NCBI GenBank assembly: GCA_046563655.1
Contig: CM102283.1
Span: 2,418,001-2,482,000 of the forward strand
Origin: Yuukianura sp. NJ FZ-2021
Taxonomy: Eukaryota
Length of the DNA stretch: 64,000 bases
Direction of reading: 5' to 3'
Position 1 is the first letter of the stretch. Each line of letters starts with the position of its first letter. The translations under genes were made by a program, and so were the position numbers. The notes under the pieces are model-generated. The model was not told where the DNA came from. It saw only the letters and a list, made by a program, of their open reading frames with translations, and searched no databases. Shown here piece after piece: positions 54,501 through 62,863 of this stretch.

Positions 54501-55196
54501 TCAGCAAAAACCTATTTATATGTTTTTAAACTCAACTCGAACTGACAATTAGTCATACCAAATCCACTCAAATCTCACGTTCTCTGAGAAAACTTAGCTC
54601 AAAACCATTTCAAAAAACCAAAAGCAAGCAAAGATCAGGAAAAAATGTTGAGCTTACCTTGAAAGTTGATGATGATTTCGTGACATCGTTTCCACCGGAA
54701 CACGCGTGTCAAATTCAACGTCGTCCACAACACCACCCATGTTGACATGACTAGGCCCCATGGAATCGTCGTGCTCGTCCAAACTGAAATTCAAGCTCTG
54801 TCCCATGGAATCTTCTCCCAGACGTCCAAGCTCCGCCGCAAGAATTCCCATCTTGAGATGATGAACTTCACACAGCAGAGCGTCTCGCTCATTTGTCACT
54901 TCCAGAAGTTGACGGCGGAGGCGCCTGATTTCCTCGGCTTGTCTGATGACCACGACATGATGATCTTGGACCAAGGTAGAAACGGAATGGGAATCTTCGG
55001 AGTAAGACCTTGGAGAGGTCGTCGTCATGGTAGCAATGCTGCCAGTGGCCAGATGACGGTGAAACTGAGAATAGTTGACACTGTATCCATTTGAAGAAGT
55101 GGGAGTGATGTATTGTCGCCTCCAATCTGGTTGTTGCTGTTGTTGTCGCACTCTGTCCATATTTGGTCTTCTCAGATTTTGTAATTGACTATTCAT
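1..55196 (-). CDS. IQSEC1: IQ motif and Sec7 domain Arf-GEF (IQSEC/BRAG, schizo/loner-like), 5' part; continues beyond window start. Exons 54658-55196, 17203-17335, 8274-8362, 3971-4081, <1-543
   Basis: Splicing 8274-8362 to 3971-4081 gives [44 protein letters not shown], matching the IQSEC IQ region as I recall it (LERKYGG...AAxxIQxAFRxYxMxKxF...RxSRRI). All junctions are GT-AG and phase-consistent (2,0,2,2). The Sec7/PH domains would lie outside the window. Confidence 0.85.
1177..1345 (+). repeat. ~170-bp direct repeat, copy 1 (flanks the Rac-like gene)
   Basis: Aligns with 2589-2762; identical 39-nt core TATATAAAAATAAAGTGGATCGACCACTTTCTCCAATTA at 1281-1319 and 2698-2736. Confidence 0.9.
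1673..2482 (+). CDS. Rac: Divergent Rac-like Rho-family GTPase; exons 1673-1707, 1783-2035, 2101-2235, 2327-2482
   Basis: Spliced product [19 protein letters not shown]...VPTVFDN...DAAGQEE...[12 protein letters not shown]...[22 protein letters not shown]...[18 protein letters not shown]...[10 protein letters not shown]; canonical GT-AG introns, intact frame. Confidence 0.95.
2589..2762 (+). repeat. ~170-bp direct repeat, copy 2
   Basis: Aligns with 1177-1345. Confidence 0.9.
3971..4081 (-). CDS. IQSEC1: IQSEC exon (second half of IQ region: [25 protein letters not shown]...)
   Basis: TAG acceptor, GTAAG donor, phase 2/2, conserved peptide. Confidence 0.9.
8274..8362 (-). CDS. IQSEC1: IQSEC exon ([29 protein letters not shown])
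   Basis: TAG acceptor, GTAAC donor, IQ motif. Confidence 0.88.
8692..8910. mobile_element. ~220-bp MITE with 29-bp terminal inverted repeats and TA-containing ends (Tc1/mariner-type)
   Basis: ATTATAGTTTGTCTATTTTTAGAAGGCGG (8692-8720) is the reverse complement of 8882-8910 with one mismatch; no coding capacity. Confidence 0.8.
12226..12375 (-). CDS. Candidate alternative first coding exon of IQSEC ([10 protein letters not shown]...FYVNK)
   Basis: ATG-initiated 50 codons ending at AAG|GTAAAC, phase 0, compatible with exon 8274-8362; GC-richer than its flanks. Confidence 0.55.
12790..13150. repeat. Degenerate low-complexity tandem repeat (AACTTTT...TGAAA units)
   Basis: Recurring aacttttcag/tttcaacttt/tgaaaa motifs; a similar tract occurs at ~53780-54130. 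Confidence 0.45.
13834..14383. mobile_element. MITE/foldback-like element built from ATGGACG subrepeats
   Basis: Left end TCATGGACGGATATTTATGGAC is inverted at 14362-14383 (2 mismatches); many internal TGGACG copies and an internal duplication of GACGGGCACTTATAAATAGAAA. Confidence 0.6.
17203..17335 (-). CDS. IQSEC1: Shared IQSEC internal exon ([44 protein letters not shown])
   Basis: TTTCAG acceptor, GAG|GTAAG donor; enters in phase 2 and exits in phase 0, matching its neighbours. Confidence 0.75.
20723..20800 (-). pseudogene. Degenerate tRNA-like sequence (tRNA pseudogene or SINE head)
   Basis: Perfect T-arm GTGGG-TTCGATT-CCCAC (B box); D-arm and acceptor stem are not convincingly paired. 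Confidence 0.35.
25353..28025 (-). CDS. Truncated protein-primed family B DNA polymerase of Polinton/adintovirus type: 2x C2H2 zinc finger, EGSGW terminal-protein-like region, OTU-like region, 3'-5' exonuclease with EndoVII-like insert; polymerase domain absent
   Basis: 890-aa ORF with CxxC...HxxxxH twice, [15 protein letters not shown]...HFLLI, ExoI FYADFEA, CxxC...RHHTH...AHQFCN, Exo[24 protein letters not shown], Exo[16 protein letters not shown]. No DxxSLYP, KxxxNxxYG or YxDTD motifs. Confidence 0.88.
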   Translation of the reverse strand: MAKRSASPAPGPSSKRGCHTCEICNEKFPCANQLLIHIHIQHEEDEIVTEATKQLPQMPTDGPSVLSMYREMKCPPCNLTFPCRDEMQKHFYEVHPDFFSDLAQDGGQLPTNLEPITVEPLFTSLNTVTQYRAVFEDFKCENGVDERDFLKCVYDSSAACIKQDRKKWKNVKVFFSMVCNFTKSYINGTVETNRGCFTSFRHLVYTDESIPTVWNIMGHQMSNQIENFTNEGSGWDLAYISEFKFVTAKYQFTKIGTFIETPFPLSEHNKTLLNIDNREMTPSNSQNKCFLWAVLAHDKIVGATLGRNRYKVDKKVKTYAPHASKVNTQGLHWPMSLQQLPRFEQLNPDISLTVLGYDMDTPSPPPRKNETTGRRSKATQKEDLDLFKCMQENISILYNSKESKEIHVDLMCLMRGNNAHFLLIRNLEALMKPPNVHHTLHICRNCLSNFTLPRTLKEHIPYCTALGLQKVRYPEKHDRELKFNKWARTQPIPFRFYADFEAFLNKFDSTCEHEVCRQRHKAKMTDTKEKEVKENTRRVNIHKPCGYAWVCVDFNGNRRYGECYHMTDDDEDVAAHFVESILRYSKTLQKEVDEYEKIAPRMLDQNMTREQREASERETKCCFCEKTFCFGETRVRHHTHLPPFNYIGMAHQFCNLEAQIKKEFPVFLHNLSSYDVHFLVQSMGKLTEDKIIKNVEVIPKSSEKFLCMTVTPEYSGEAEEEEEDDEDIVGNARRREKYKLRFTDSLGFTLKSLDGLVKVMRQDPNATFPVTRQEFQQEVDSGANIDLLFQKGAYPYSLMKSCEDFEMTSLPPKEAFFNDMTETPIQDTVYEHAQKVWESFKIKNMGEWHDLYVRLDVSLLADVMEGSAKMAASPHPQRISSCSFLLDLDE
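28126..28355 (+). repeat. Direct repeat (126-bp spacing) with CTGAAAAAGCA subrepeats upstream of PolB
   Basis: GGAATAAACAAG(C/T)TCCAAAATGTGAAATCGAGTTTTATTAAAAATTTCCT at 28126 and 28252. Confidence 0.85.
29327..30856 (+). CDS. Ulp1/SENP-like (clan CE, C48-like) cysteine protease; exons 29327-29616, 29749-30094, 30187-30466, 30538-30856; apparent 1-nt frameshift at 30217-30222
   Basis: Spliced C-terminus ...[23 protein letters not shown]...[16 protein letters not shown]...MRR has the His-Asp-Cys order and local context of Ulp1 proteases; GT-AG introns. Confidence 0.75.
31169..31942 (-). CDS. Intronless F-box protein with basic coiled-coil C-terminus (257 aa)
   Basis: First ATG at 31942 gives [33 protein letters not shown], an F-box consensus (LP..l...IF..L....l..l..V). 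Confidence 0.75.
   Translation of the reverse strand: MTYKFDFEQLPYLCQLEIFSNLDRRSALQLAKVFPDSLAILKPILDKMAAKVAEYTPFMISVGETHIVHLDFNKKQMFRAVLAGLKSFPIGRVLTAKNFVTAIAPLRTSVEISLFKNCSIEELLALTEKFDFERGIFRDDTVINITPHRYSCRYETYGCRYETYQALGSIEDARHRGERNQELRRLLLESSIEFDKELEEAHRKYQLKMREEKLQRLRKEKFQRWIRRRKELKQSAAFFKLNIFRRRLALQRLSKRN
38370..38503 (-). CDS. Candidate alternative first coding exon of IQSEC ([26 protein letters not shown]...)
   Basis: AAAATG start, open to AG|GTAAC, phase 2, compatible with the acceptor at 17335. Confidence 0.55.
42136..42386 (-). CDS. Candidate alternative first coding exon of IQSEC with a hydrophobic segment ([30 protein letters not shown]...)
   Basis: ATG-initiated frame ending at GG|GTAAAT, phase 2. 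Confidence 0.5.
46117..46295 (-). CDS. Candidate alternative first coding exon of IQSEC ([17 protein letters not shown]...)
   Basis: AAGATGG start, open to TG|GTAAT, phase 2. Confidence 0.5.
49149..49646 (+). repeat. 44-bp tandem repeat, ~11 copies
   Basis: Unit GAGAATTAGGAGTTCGTCACCAAGTCAAAATTTTAGACATTCAT starting at 49167, 49211, 49255 ... 49607. Confidence 0.97.
49647..51139 (+). repeat. 176-bp satellite-like tandem repeat, ~8.5 copies
   Basis: Units begin CGTCTTGAAATGTTGG at 49647, 49823, 50000, 50176, 50352, 50528, 50704, 50880, 51056. Confidence 0.97.
52386..54456 (+). CDS. PAQR4: Progestin and adipoQ receptor family member 4; exons 52386-52698, 53225-53455, 53515-53756, 54214-54456
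   Basis: [15 protein letters not shown]...[29 protein letters not shown]...[30 protein letters not shown]; consistent GT-AG phases. Confidence 0.93.
54658..55196 (-). CDS. IQSEC1: IQSEC distal first coding exon with coiled coil ([30 protein letters not shown])
   Basis: ORF ends at AG|GTAAG in phase 2, compatible with 17335; long IQSEC isoforms are known to carry an N-terminal coiled coil; a 5' UTR intron is likely at 55365-55435. Confidence 0.7.
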
Positions 55197-58100
55197 GTTT
55201 TCTTCCTTTGTTCAATTCCTACTGGTTTTCACTTTTAATCTAAACTTGGTCAATTGTTTCTCCACATTATGTCGTCACCAGGAAAGGAAACTGCAGTGCG
55301 TGGGTCCGAAATATCCAAACGTTGAAATTTTACTGTCCAAAGAAGTTTTCTTGAGTGAGCTCTCCTAGAAAAAAAACACAGTTCAAGTTCACAAACACGT
55401 ACCAAAACTTAAAAAAGGAGTTTTAGAAAACTTACCCCGATCCGCTTTCGACTAGTTGTTGAAATTCGTGATGAGTCAGAAGTTCCAGAGCTTTTGAGTT
55501 CTTTACGAACGATAATTAAGACTTAACCCCCGACTTCTTCTGTGTTCCTTCCTTCTGTGGGGTAAAAACGTTCGGTTTTGTAAGCAGCGGCAATTTCGGT
55601 TTTTGCTACAGCAGCAGCAGCGGCAACTTCGATTTTTGTAACAACAGCAACGCCGAACAGGCCTCAAACTACCCTGTCACCGTGTTTCTGGTGTGCGTGC
55701 GAAGCATTTCTTGAAACCCCGTCTGTTATGCATCATTCATTTGAGGCCTATTAAAAACTTATTTCTCCCTCTTCTTGGTTATGTCCACTTTGAAAGTTGA
55801 AAGTTTCAACCAGACACAGAGTTGAAGTTGAGTCAGTTCATCTGCAAACAGCAAAGGAAAAGGGAAAGTTTAACAACAAAAGCTTTTATCTGTTTCCGGT
55901 ATTCGGCTTTAAGTGACCAAGGAGCAGTGACATGGAACGTGTGACAAGCGAGTGCTGGACACTTGAGCTCCGTCTGTGTCCGTGCCCTGCTCCGTATGTC
56001 AAACTTGAAAACTTGAAATCTTACCTCATGGGCTGTTGTTGGATGGTTATGTTATGTTGTTGGGCGGAATGGAACGCATGAAAGCCAGAAGATGAACAAT
56101 AACGCTCCTTGTTTATATGTTGATCTTCCAAGAAGAACAATAGGAGTCCTCTACACACCGTCATCAACTAAAAGAGTCACTTCTCAGGTAGATAAAACGA
56201 TGATCTCAGTCTGCACGGACGAACGATGTAACCTGATGGCCCAGGGAGATCTCATTTCTAAGAACAAAAGAAAGTGTTGATTACTTTTTGGTGTTGCACA
56301 ACAATGTACCTTGGACACAAGTCCAACATCAGTCAGTAGGGCACAGACTGAGCAACTTCAGCTTCCAAAGTCATGGCAGTAAATATTGACCTTTGAATCT
56401 AGATACCTACTGAATTCCAGGGTAATCGCAAATTCTAAAAGCGAACAATATGGACTAAACTTACACCGTGCTGTTAGTGATGGATGATTCAGTATTCAGT
56501 TATAGCCGGCTACCCCACCACACTGACTTGACTTGAGAGAATCTATTTGCGAAACCTTGCACCGAGTCAAGAGTCTTTCCTTGCAGCAGCACTGCTCACT
56601 TGGGCTGAAAATGGAAATGAGACTGTTGAACTCCTGTTCACACATTTGGAGTCAAAAACTGTACAAAAAAAAAGTCTAAAAACGAATTTGGCATAAACAC
56701 TTACTTGGAGTAAGTTTATAAGTGTCGAGTAGAGTGACTGATGGCGGAGGTTATCATCATCCACTTTTGCACATCAACCAAACAGCACTTGACGCTTTGA
56801 AGGAGTTTTCGCAAAATGTTGACGTTAACACACGGCAGACAGAGTAGCTCAGATATATGGACTGGGACAGCTCGTACCATCGTTGAGAGGCCAAAGAAAT
56901 GCCCAAACCGGAGGTCGTTGATAAAATAGTAGATGAATTAGTAACCCCTGACCGTCGTCCACGTCTGCCTCGTCATCTTCCGTCCTATGTCCGGTGCTCC
57001 TCCTGAAACAATGAATGCATTTCGACCAACGAAGTCACGAATCTTGTTAAAATGGTAACTAACCAACCATGTCCGTCTAGTGGATGGACATTAGACTTAT
57101 TACGTTACGTACTGAATAACTTATAAGGTAACTACTCTCCTTAAATGAAAATGAGACGAAGTAATCCTTCGTTACTCCCAAACCAAACGTAACGTAATGT
57201 TATTTAGATTTACCAACTGAACAATCAACCTTGATATGTTCTTTTTCGCGAGTGATGTGAAGTATTTAGCAGTGAATTTAATTGGAAAAAGGAGAATACA
57301 CGAAGTAGTTGCTAAAAAGATGATAAGTAGAAGGACAGAATAGGCAAAATATTTGGAAGGAGTGGTCACTTTTACCTTGTTGACTAATCCCATAAACGAT
57401 GATTCAACAATGGGAAAGTATCTTCTATTGTTATCCACTTTTTCAGTAACACTTTTATGAATAACAAACGATTAGGAATGAAGATTACCGAGAGAATGCC
57501 GCAGAGATGAATTCTCATGTGCCTCTTCCCTCCCTCCTTCATCTCCGAAAAAAAAGTTTGAAATACAGTGAGAACCGGTCGCACACAACATCGAGTGAGC
57601 CAAGTATGGTGGCTTAGGCAAGCCATGAAAATCGGGACCAAAATTTATCTCTCGCCTACCAACAAAAAAAAATTCAGAGAGAAAGCTTTTTTTTCACACT
57701 TACTGAATTTAAGTTTCCAATTATTTCAGATTTTTCACATTTTTCGATACCTAAAATTCAACTCTCGATTTTTTTTTCCATAAGAGCTGCTGGCGCCTCG
57801 GGCGTACAACAAAATGTTGCCATGAATGGCGGGATCACGTTTTGGTGGGTTTCATTGGAGCGTTCATGTTAAATTATAAAATATAAGCACTAAAAGTTGA
57901 GATGCACGAATTTTTCACTTTCTCTGACATTTCATATCCACCCTCGAATAATGCATCTACCTATGGTTTGATAGCCGAAAGTTCTCAAAGTGTGTTGGTT
58001 ACAGAATTTCTTACCTTTCTCAACCTGGCAGCAAGAAAAATTTCAATTTCATATTCATTCAAGAAAAAAAAATTCATCAAAGAAATTATTCCCTCTAGAG

Positions 58101-59947
58101 TGCGTGAAGAAATTCTATGTTGGTTTTCATGGCCAAGTTAAACCACCATAGCCCAGGATTCACCAGTTTTTCTAGCCTTGCTTTTCGGACTTTGTAGTTA
58201 TCAATAGTACTGACAATCACTGTTTTACCTACTAATTAAACTTGTAGTAGTCTTGTTATTGTTATTGGTGTAAGTGTATTAGACATAAAATTGTTAACAA
58301 TGATATATTCACAGCAATAAATAAAACACAAATGCTAATTACGTAGAGATATCTTCCTTCTTTTTGCACTTCGTAAGAGTGCAACCGACTCACACTGTCT
58401 CATGTAAGGAATGTTGCTCACCTCCTTTGTCTCCTTGAGACGAGTTTGAATTACGCGCCGTGTCACGGCGTTGGGGACGCTCTGTAGTAAAGTGAATGAC
58501 TTACGACACAACTTCTGGTACACCCTAATCTTACGTAATTTACAATTATCCGGAACGGAACTTTCTAAACGCTTAAAACTGAAACGAATTTATCCTTCTC
58601 CCATGAGAATATCAGACTGCAGCATGCGATTAGCGTTTCAAAAACCTAAAAATAAATTGTGTAGGCGGTTGATTTCAAAATAAAAGATGTTCAAAACAAG
58701 CGAACGCACTTAAAAATAGCAACTTCAATCGTGTTGCCTCCCGCCGAAAACACACTAAACACTTTGATAAAAAATGCACACACCTAAGAACACTTTGTAA
58801 AGATTGTACGGAAATGTCTAATAAATCTTCATTGTGACACCGCGCGTTAAAGGTTAATGACCTTCCCTTCAAGCGTTGGTTTCGCCCAATCGTCGTGTCC
58901 TTTCAATTGACTCCGCCAATTTTTTGCAAAAGAAGTTGCAAAAAAAAATGCAATCTCATCCCTCATTGACTCTCACTCTCATAAGAGCTTCTCACCTTGC
59001 AGTTTTGTTGCTTCACAGTTCAGAGTTTTCAAGACTTTGCCAAATTGGCAGACTTTTGCATTTCCAATCCACAAAATGCAAAGAATGCAATCATTGCAAG
59101 ATGTTTGAACTTCTAAAAATATGTTCACAAAATTTTGTTCCAAATTTTTTTCGTTCAAAACGCCGGAAGGAATCACCAGACAGACTGACGGTTTCACACA
59201 AACTGAATAACTTGCACTTTTTTTGAACTACTAAACATTTTGTGCCAAGATCAGCGCAAATGGCAGTAGCTAGAGTCAACAATTTTGAAATTCTTGAAAG
59301 ATGAAGCTTTCTGTGAGATTTTCTGGATCACTTGAAGTTTTTTGTGGTTTTCCTCGTAAGCCAACCACAAGAGCCTTTGAAGTAGCAAGTGCCGGTAGGA
59401 AAGTGCGGTGACAAACAAAAGATTTGCAAAAAACAGAATTGGCAAACAAGGCTTTTCTGGTTTTCGCATGTTAGAGGATAGCCGCTCCGTGGGAGGGGGG
59501 AAGCGTTTTATGTTTGGATTTTGATGGGTTTCCGTGACTGAACGGAGTAAGTTAGGCAAAAAGAGGAAGGGCGAGCAGCGGGAGTAACTAAGGGAAGGGA
59601 GAGAGTAAATGGAAAATCGATTAATTCCATTACTCACAAAACCGTCCCGGGTTTTTGGGTTGAACATGGCCGCGGAAGAGCGGGGTTTTAAAATTTCCCA
59701 CCTTCGTATTTCAAACTAAGGTTTTCCGTTTTTCGCAAAGAGGATAATACATCATGTCTCGTGATTGTAGCCGATTAGACGGATCCGGGTGACCTCAAAC
59801 CTTGGCGAACTTGAGTGTGATTAATTAGTGTAGTAAAACTTCCTTCCTGTGCAAACCTTCTGGACAAATGAAAGTTAAGGTTTTTATTAGGAATGAGTGA
59901 AAACTTAAAATGTTTGTAAGTGAAAATGGAACCTGACGGTGACTAAT

Positions 59948-61201
59948 TCAGAGGAATAAGTCTTCTAGGTACTCATTAAATTCTTCGTCGCGGGATTTGA
60001 GTTCGGGCACAACAACAGGAGCTTTCCAAATATTCTCCGCTGCGGTGGCTACGTCACCTTCGGAATCTTTCGTGTCACCGGCTAAATCCGAGCCTGATGA
60101 TCCTTCGACAGGGTCGTCGTCATGTGACCTACGTTTGGAGTCGGATTTGGAACGAGAGTGCTTATGTTTCCGCTTCTTAGGTTTCTTCGTTACTTCTTTC
60201 CGTTTGTAACTGAAGTTTAGCTTAAGAGAACAAGCGGGACATAAACCTGCATGTAAAAAAATGAGATTTTGACATCTTATAATTCTTGACAGATTTTGAA
60301 AATTTGCTGAGACTTACGTAACTTTACCAAAGCGTTTTTCTTGACACGATCCTCCAAGTAAGCGAAGTTAACTTCCCATGTCCTCAGGTCTTGAGCTTCC
60401 GTACACTTCTTTTCACCACAAGTGAATTGACCTTTACCGTCAACCACTTCCTGCTGGACTCTCCATCGGATGGCAATCTCAATCAAGAAGTTCAGATTCT
60501 TAAATCTCTGTGGAATAGGAAGCTGTTTGTTACGGAAACAGCACAAACCTTGTTTTCCTTAAATCGAGACAGGTCACAAACTCCGTACTCCTTGAAAAGC
60601 TTGTCGTAGTATTTCTTGGCCAAATCCTTCTCCCAACTATGCTCTCCGCCGTCGTCTTCCTCTCGCCAGACGAAACGATGGTGCTCTCGGACAATGTCCA
60701 TGTCGTTACGATCCTTGGAGCTGAAAACATAAAGGTCCAATGCCATGCTGACTTTACTAAGTCTTAAGTATTAAGTTCATCAACTCTTACGCATCTCTTC
60801 TTAAAACGTCAGCAGCTGATCCAGGATAGTAGAGCAGGTAATCGTTGACCAACTTCCGATGACGTTCAAACGCATTCAAAGCAAAGTATCGGTTTCTGTA
60901 CCCTTCTGCTCGACGTTGCTCTTCTAAAAAATGGTCTCTGCTCGGCAAAGTTCGGCCTAAAACAAAGACATTGTTTACCTCCTCATCAGTCCATTTCTTT
61001 AAAATCGCTATACGTAACACTAATTAATCAAGAATTTATCAATTACTTACTCGTCGAAGGCTTTTGCGTAGCCGGCTTATCGTTTGGAATAGAATGTTTG
61101 CGTTTACGTTTTCTTTGTTCCTCCACCTCATCGTCATCTTCGAAACTTGACCCATATCCTTCTCCATCTTCTCTCTGGAAGTTGACTGGTGACCTTGACA
61201 T
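59948..61201 (-). CDS. FRA10AC1: FRA10AC1 (spliceosome-associated); exons 61051-61201, 60791-60956, 60549-60720, 60318-60477, 59948-60246
   Basis: RHRKLVNDYLLYY, WEKDLAKKYYDKLFKEY, RWRVQQEVVDGKGQFTCG, WEVNFAYLE...KNALVKLRLCPACSLKLN, EYLEDLFL*. Confidence 0.95.
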
Positions 61202-61469
61202 TCTAAATCAACTATATTAATCACATAAATCACAAATTCTGTCCTCGAACAATCGATTTTGAAACGATTTTTATCGAAAATCGGCCTTATTATTAATCTA
61301 CACGTGAAAAAAAAAGAGTAACAACAAACAAACAAAACAAATTCAATTTTTTCCAATTTGGATTTTCTCTTTTCCCGCTGCGCCAAAAAGCAAAGCGTCG
61401 TCACTTTTTTATTTGCATGAATTTTTTTTGAAAATCTTTGGATAAAAAATTCTGGAATCAAAATCTTTC

Positions 61470-62600
61470 AAATTTTATGAGGGGAGATCGACTGCTTTTC
61501 AACGCGATTTGCTGCAAGCTTTTTTTTTTAAAAAACACAATTAAATTTCCTTGCAGAAAATCAAAACGAACATTTTCTGCAAGTTTTCTTCTTGCAGAAA
61601 TCGAGACGTTGTTATAAGAAGCTTGCGGAGAATCGAGCCGAGGTTATAAAACGCTTGCGAAGAATCGAGCCGCTGTTATAGGAAACTTGCGGAGAATCGA
61701 GAGGTTGTTATAAATTTTATAATTCACTTTTAAGATTTTACGACAGCTGAATTTTCCCAAGTTAGAATTCCTCGAAAAGTAAACGCAAAAGTTATATTTT
61801 GTCAAAAAATTTTGTCACGTCAAAAAGTTAGAGAACAGGTCAATTTTTCACGAGACCAACATTTCAAGACGGTAGAGTACGCGTGAATCCTCGGCAAGGC
61901 AAATATATCTAAAAGTTGAATGTCAGCTGAATTTTTCAAAATTCCAATTTCTCAAAAAGTAAGTTGTACAAGCGAATTTTTAAAAATTTGGTCACGTCAA
62001 AAAGTTAGAGAACAGGTCAATTTTTCACGAGACCAACATTTCAAGACGGTAGAGTACGCGTGAATCCTCGGCAAGGCAAATATATCCAAAAGTTGAATTT
62101 CAACTGAATTTTTCAAAATTCCAATTTCTCAAAAAGTAAGTGTACAAGTGAATTTTTAAAAATTTGGTCACGTCAAAAAGTTAGAGAACAGGTCAATTTT
62201 TCACGAGACCAACATTTCAAGACGGTAGAGTACGCGTGAATCCTCGGCAAGGCAGATATATCCAAAAGTTGAATTTCAGCTGATTTTTTTAAAATTCCAA
62301 TTCCTTAAATTTTCCGCATGTTTCTTATAACAACGTCTCGATTTTCCGCAACTTTTTTATAACAACGCATCGATTTTCCGCAAGCTTTTTATAACAACAT
62401 CTGGATTTTCCGCATGTTTCTTATAACAACGGCTCGATTTTGCGCAAACTTCTCATAACAACGCCTCCGTTCTCTGCAAGAAAAAAGCTTGCAGAAAATG
62501 TTCGTCCCTATTTTCTGCAAGGAATTTTTGGTTGTGTTTTTTAAAAAAAATCTTGCAGCAAATCGTATTGAAAAGCAGTCGATCTCCCCTCATAAAATTT
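61470..62600. mobile_element. Foldback-like non-autonomous element: long inverted arms with ~32-bp subrepeats around ~2.8 inverted copies of the 176-bp satellite
   Basis: AAATTTTATGAGGGGAGATCGACTGCTTTTCAA (from 61470) is the reverse complement of 62568-62600; inverted similarity continues ~240 bp inward; core 61812-62303 is the reverse complement of the 49647-51139 unit. Confidence 0.85.
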
Positions 62601-62863
62601 TGTTAAATAGTAGTGTGTTAAAAATTCGTCGAAAAAAAAATGTTTGCCCATTTCCAAAGTTCCAATTTCACCGTAATAATAAATTTGAAAACTATGCTTT
62701 TCAGATAACACAAGGCCGGATCCGTTAGTCGCCAATAGAAATTTTCGAAAAATTGTTGTTTGTTATTATGATATATGTTTTTCAGTTTTCTAAATTTCGC
62801 CCTTTGTGCTGTTTTGGATTTCATGTTTTGCTGTAAAGCGCTTTTTAATTGTACATTTTCAAA

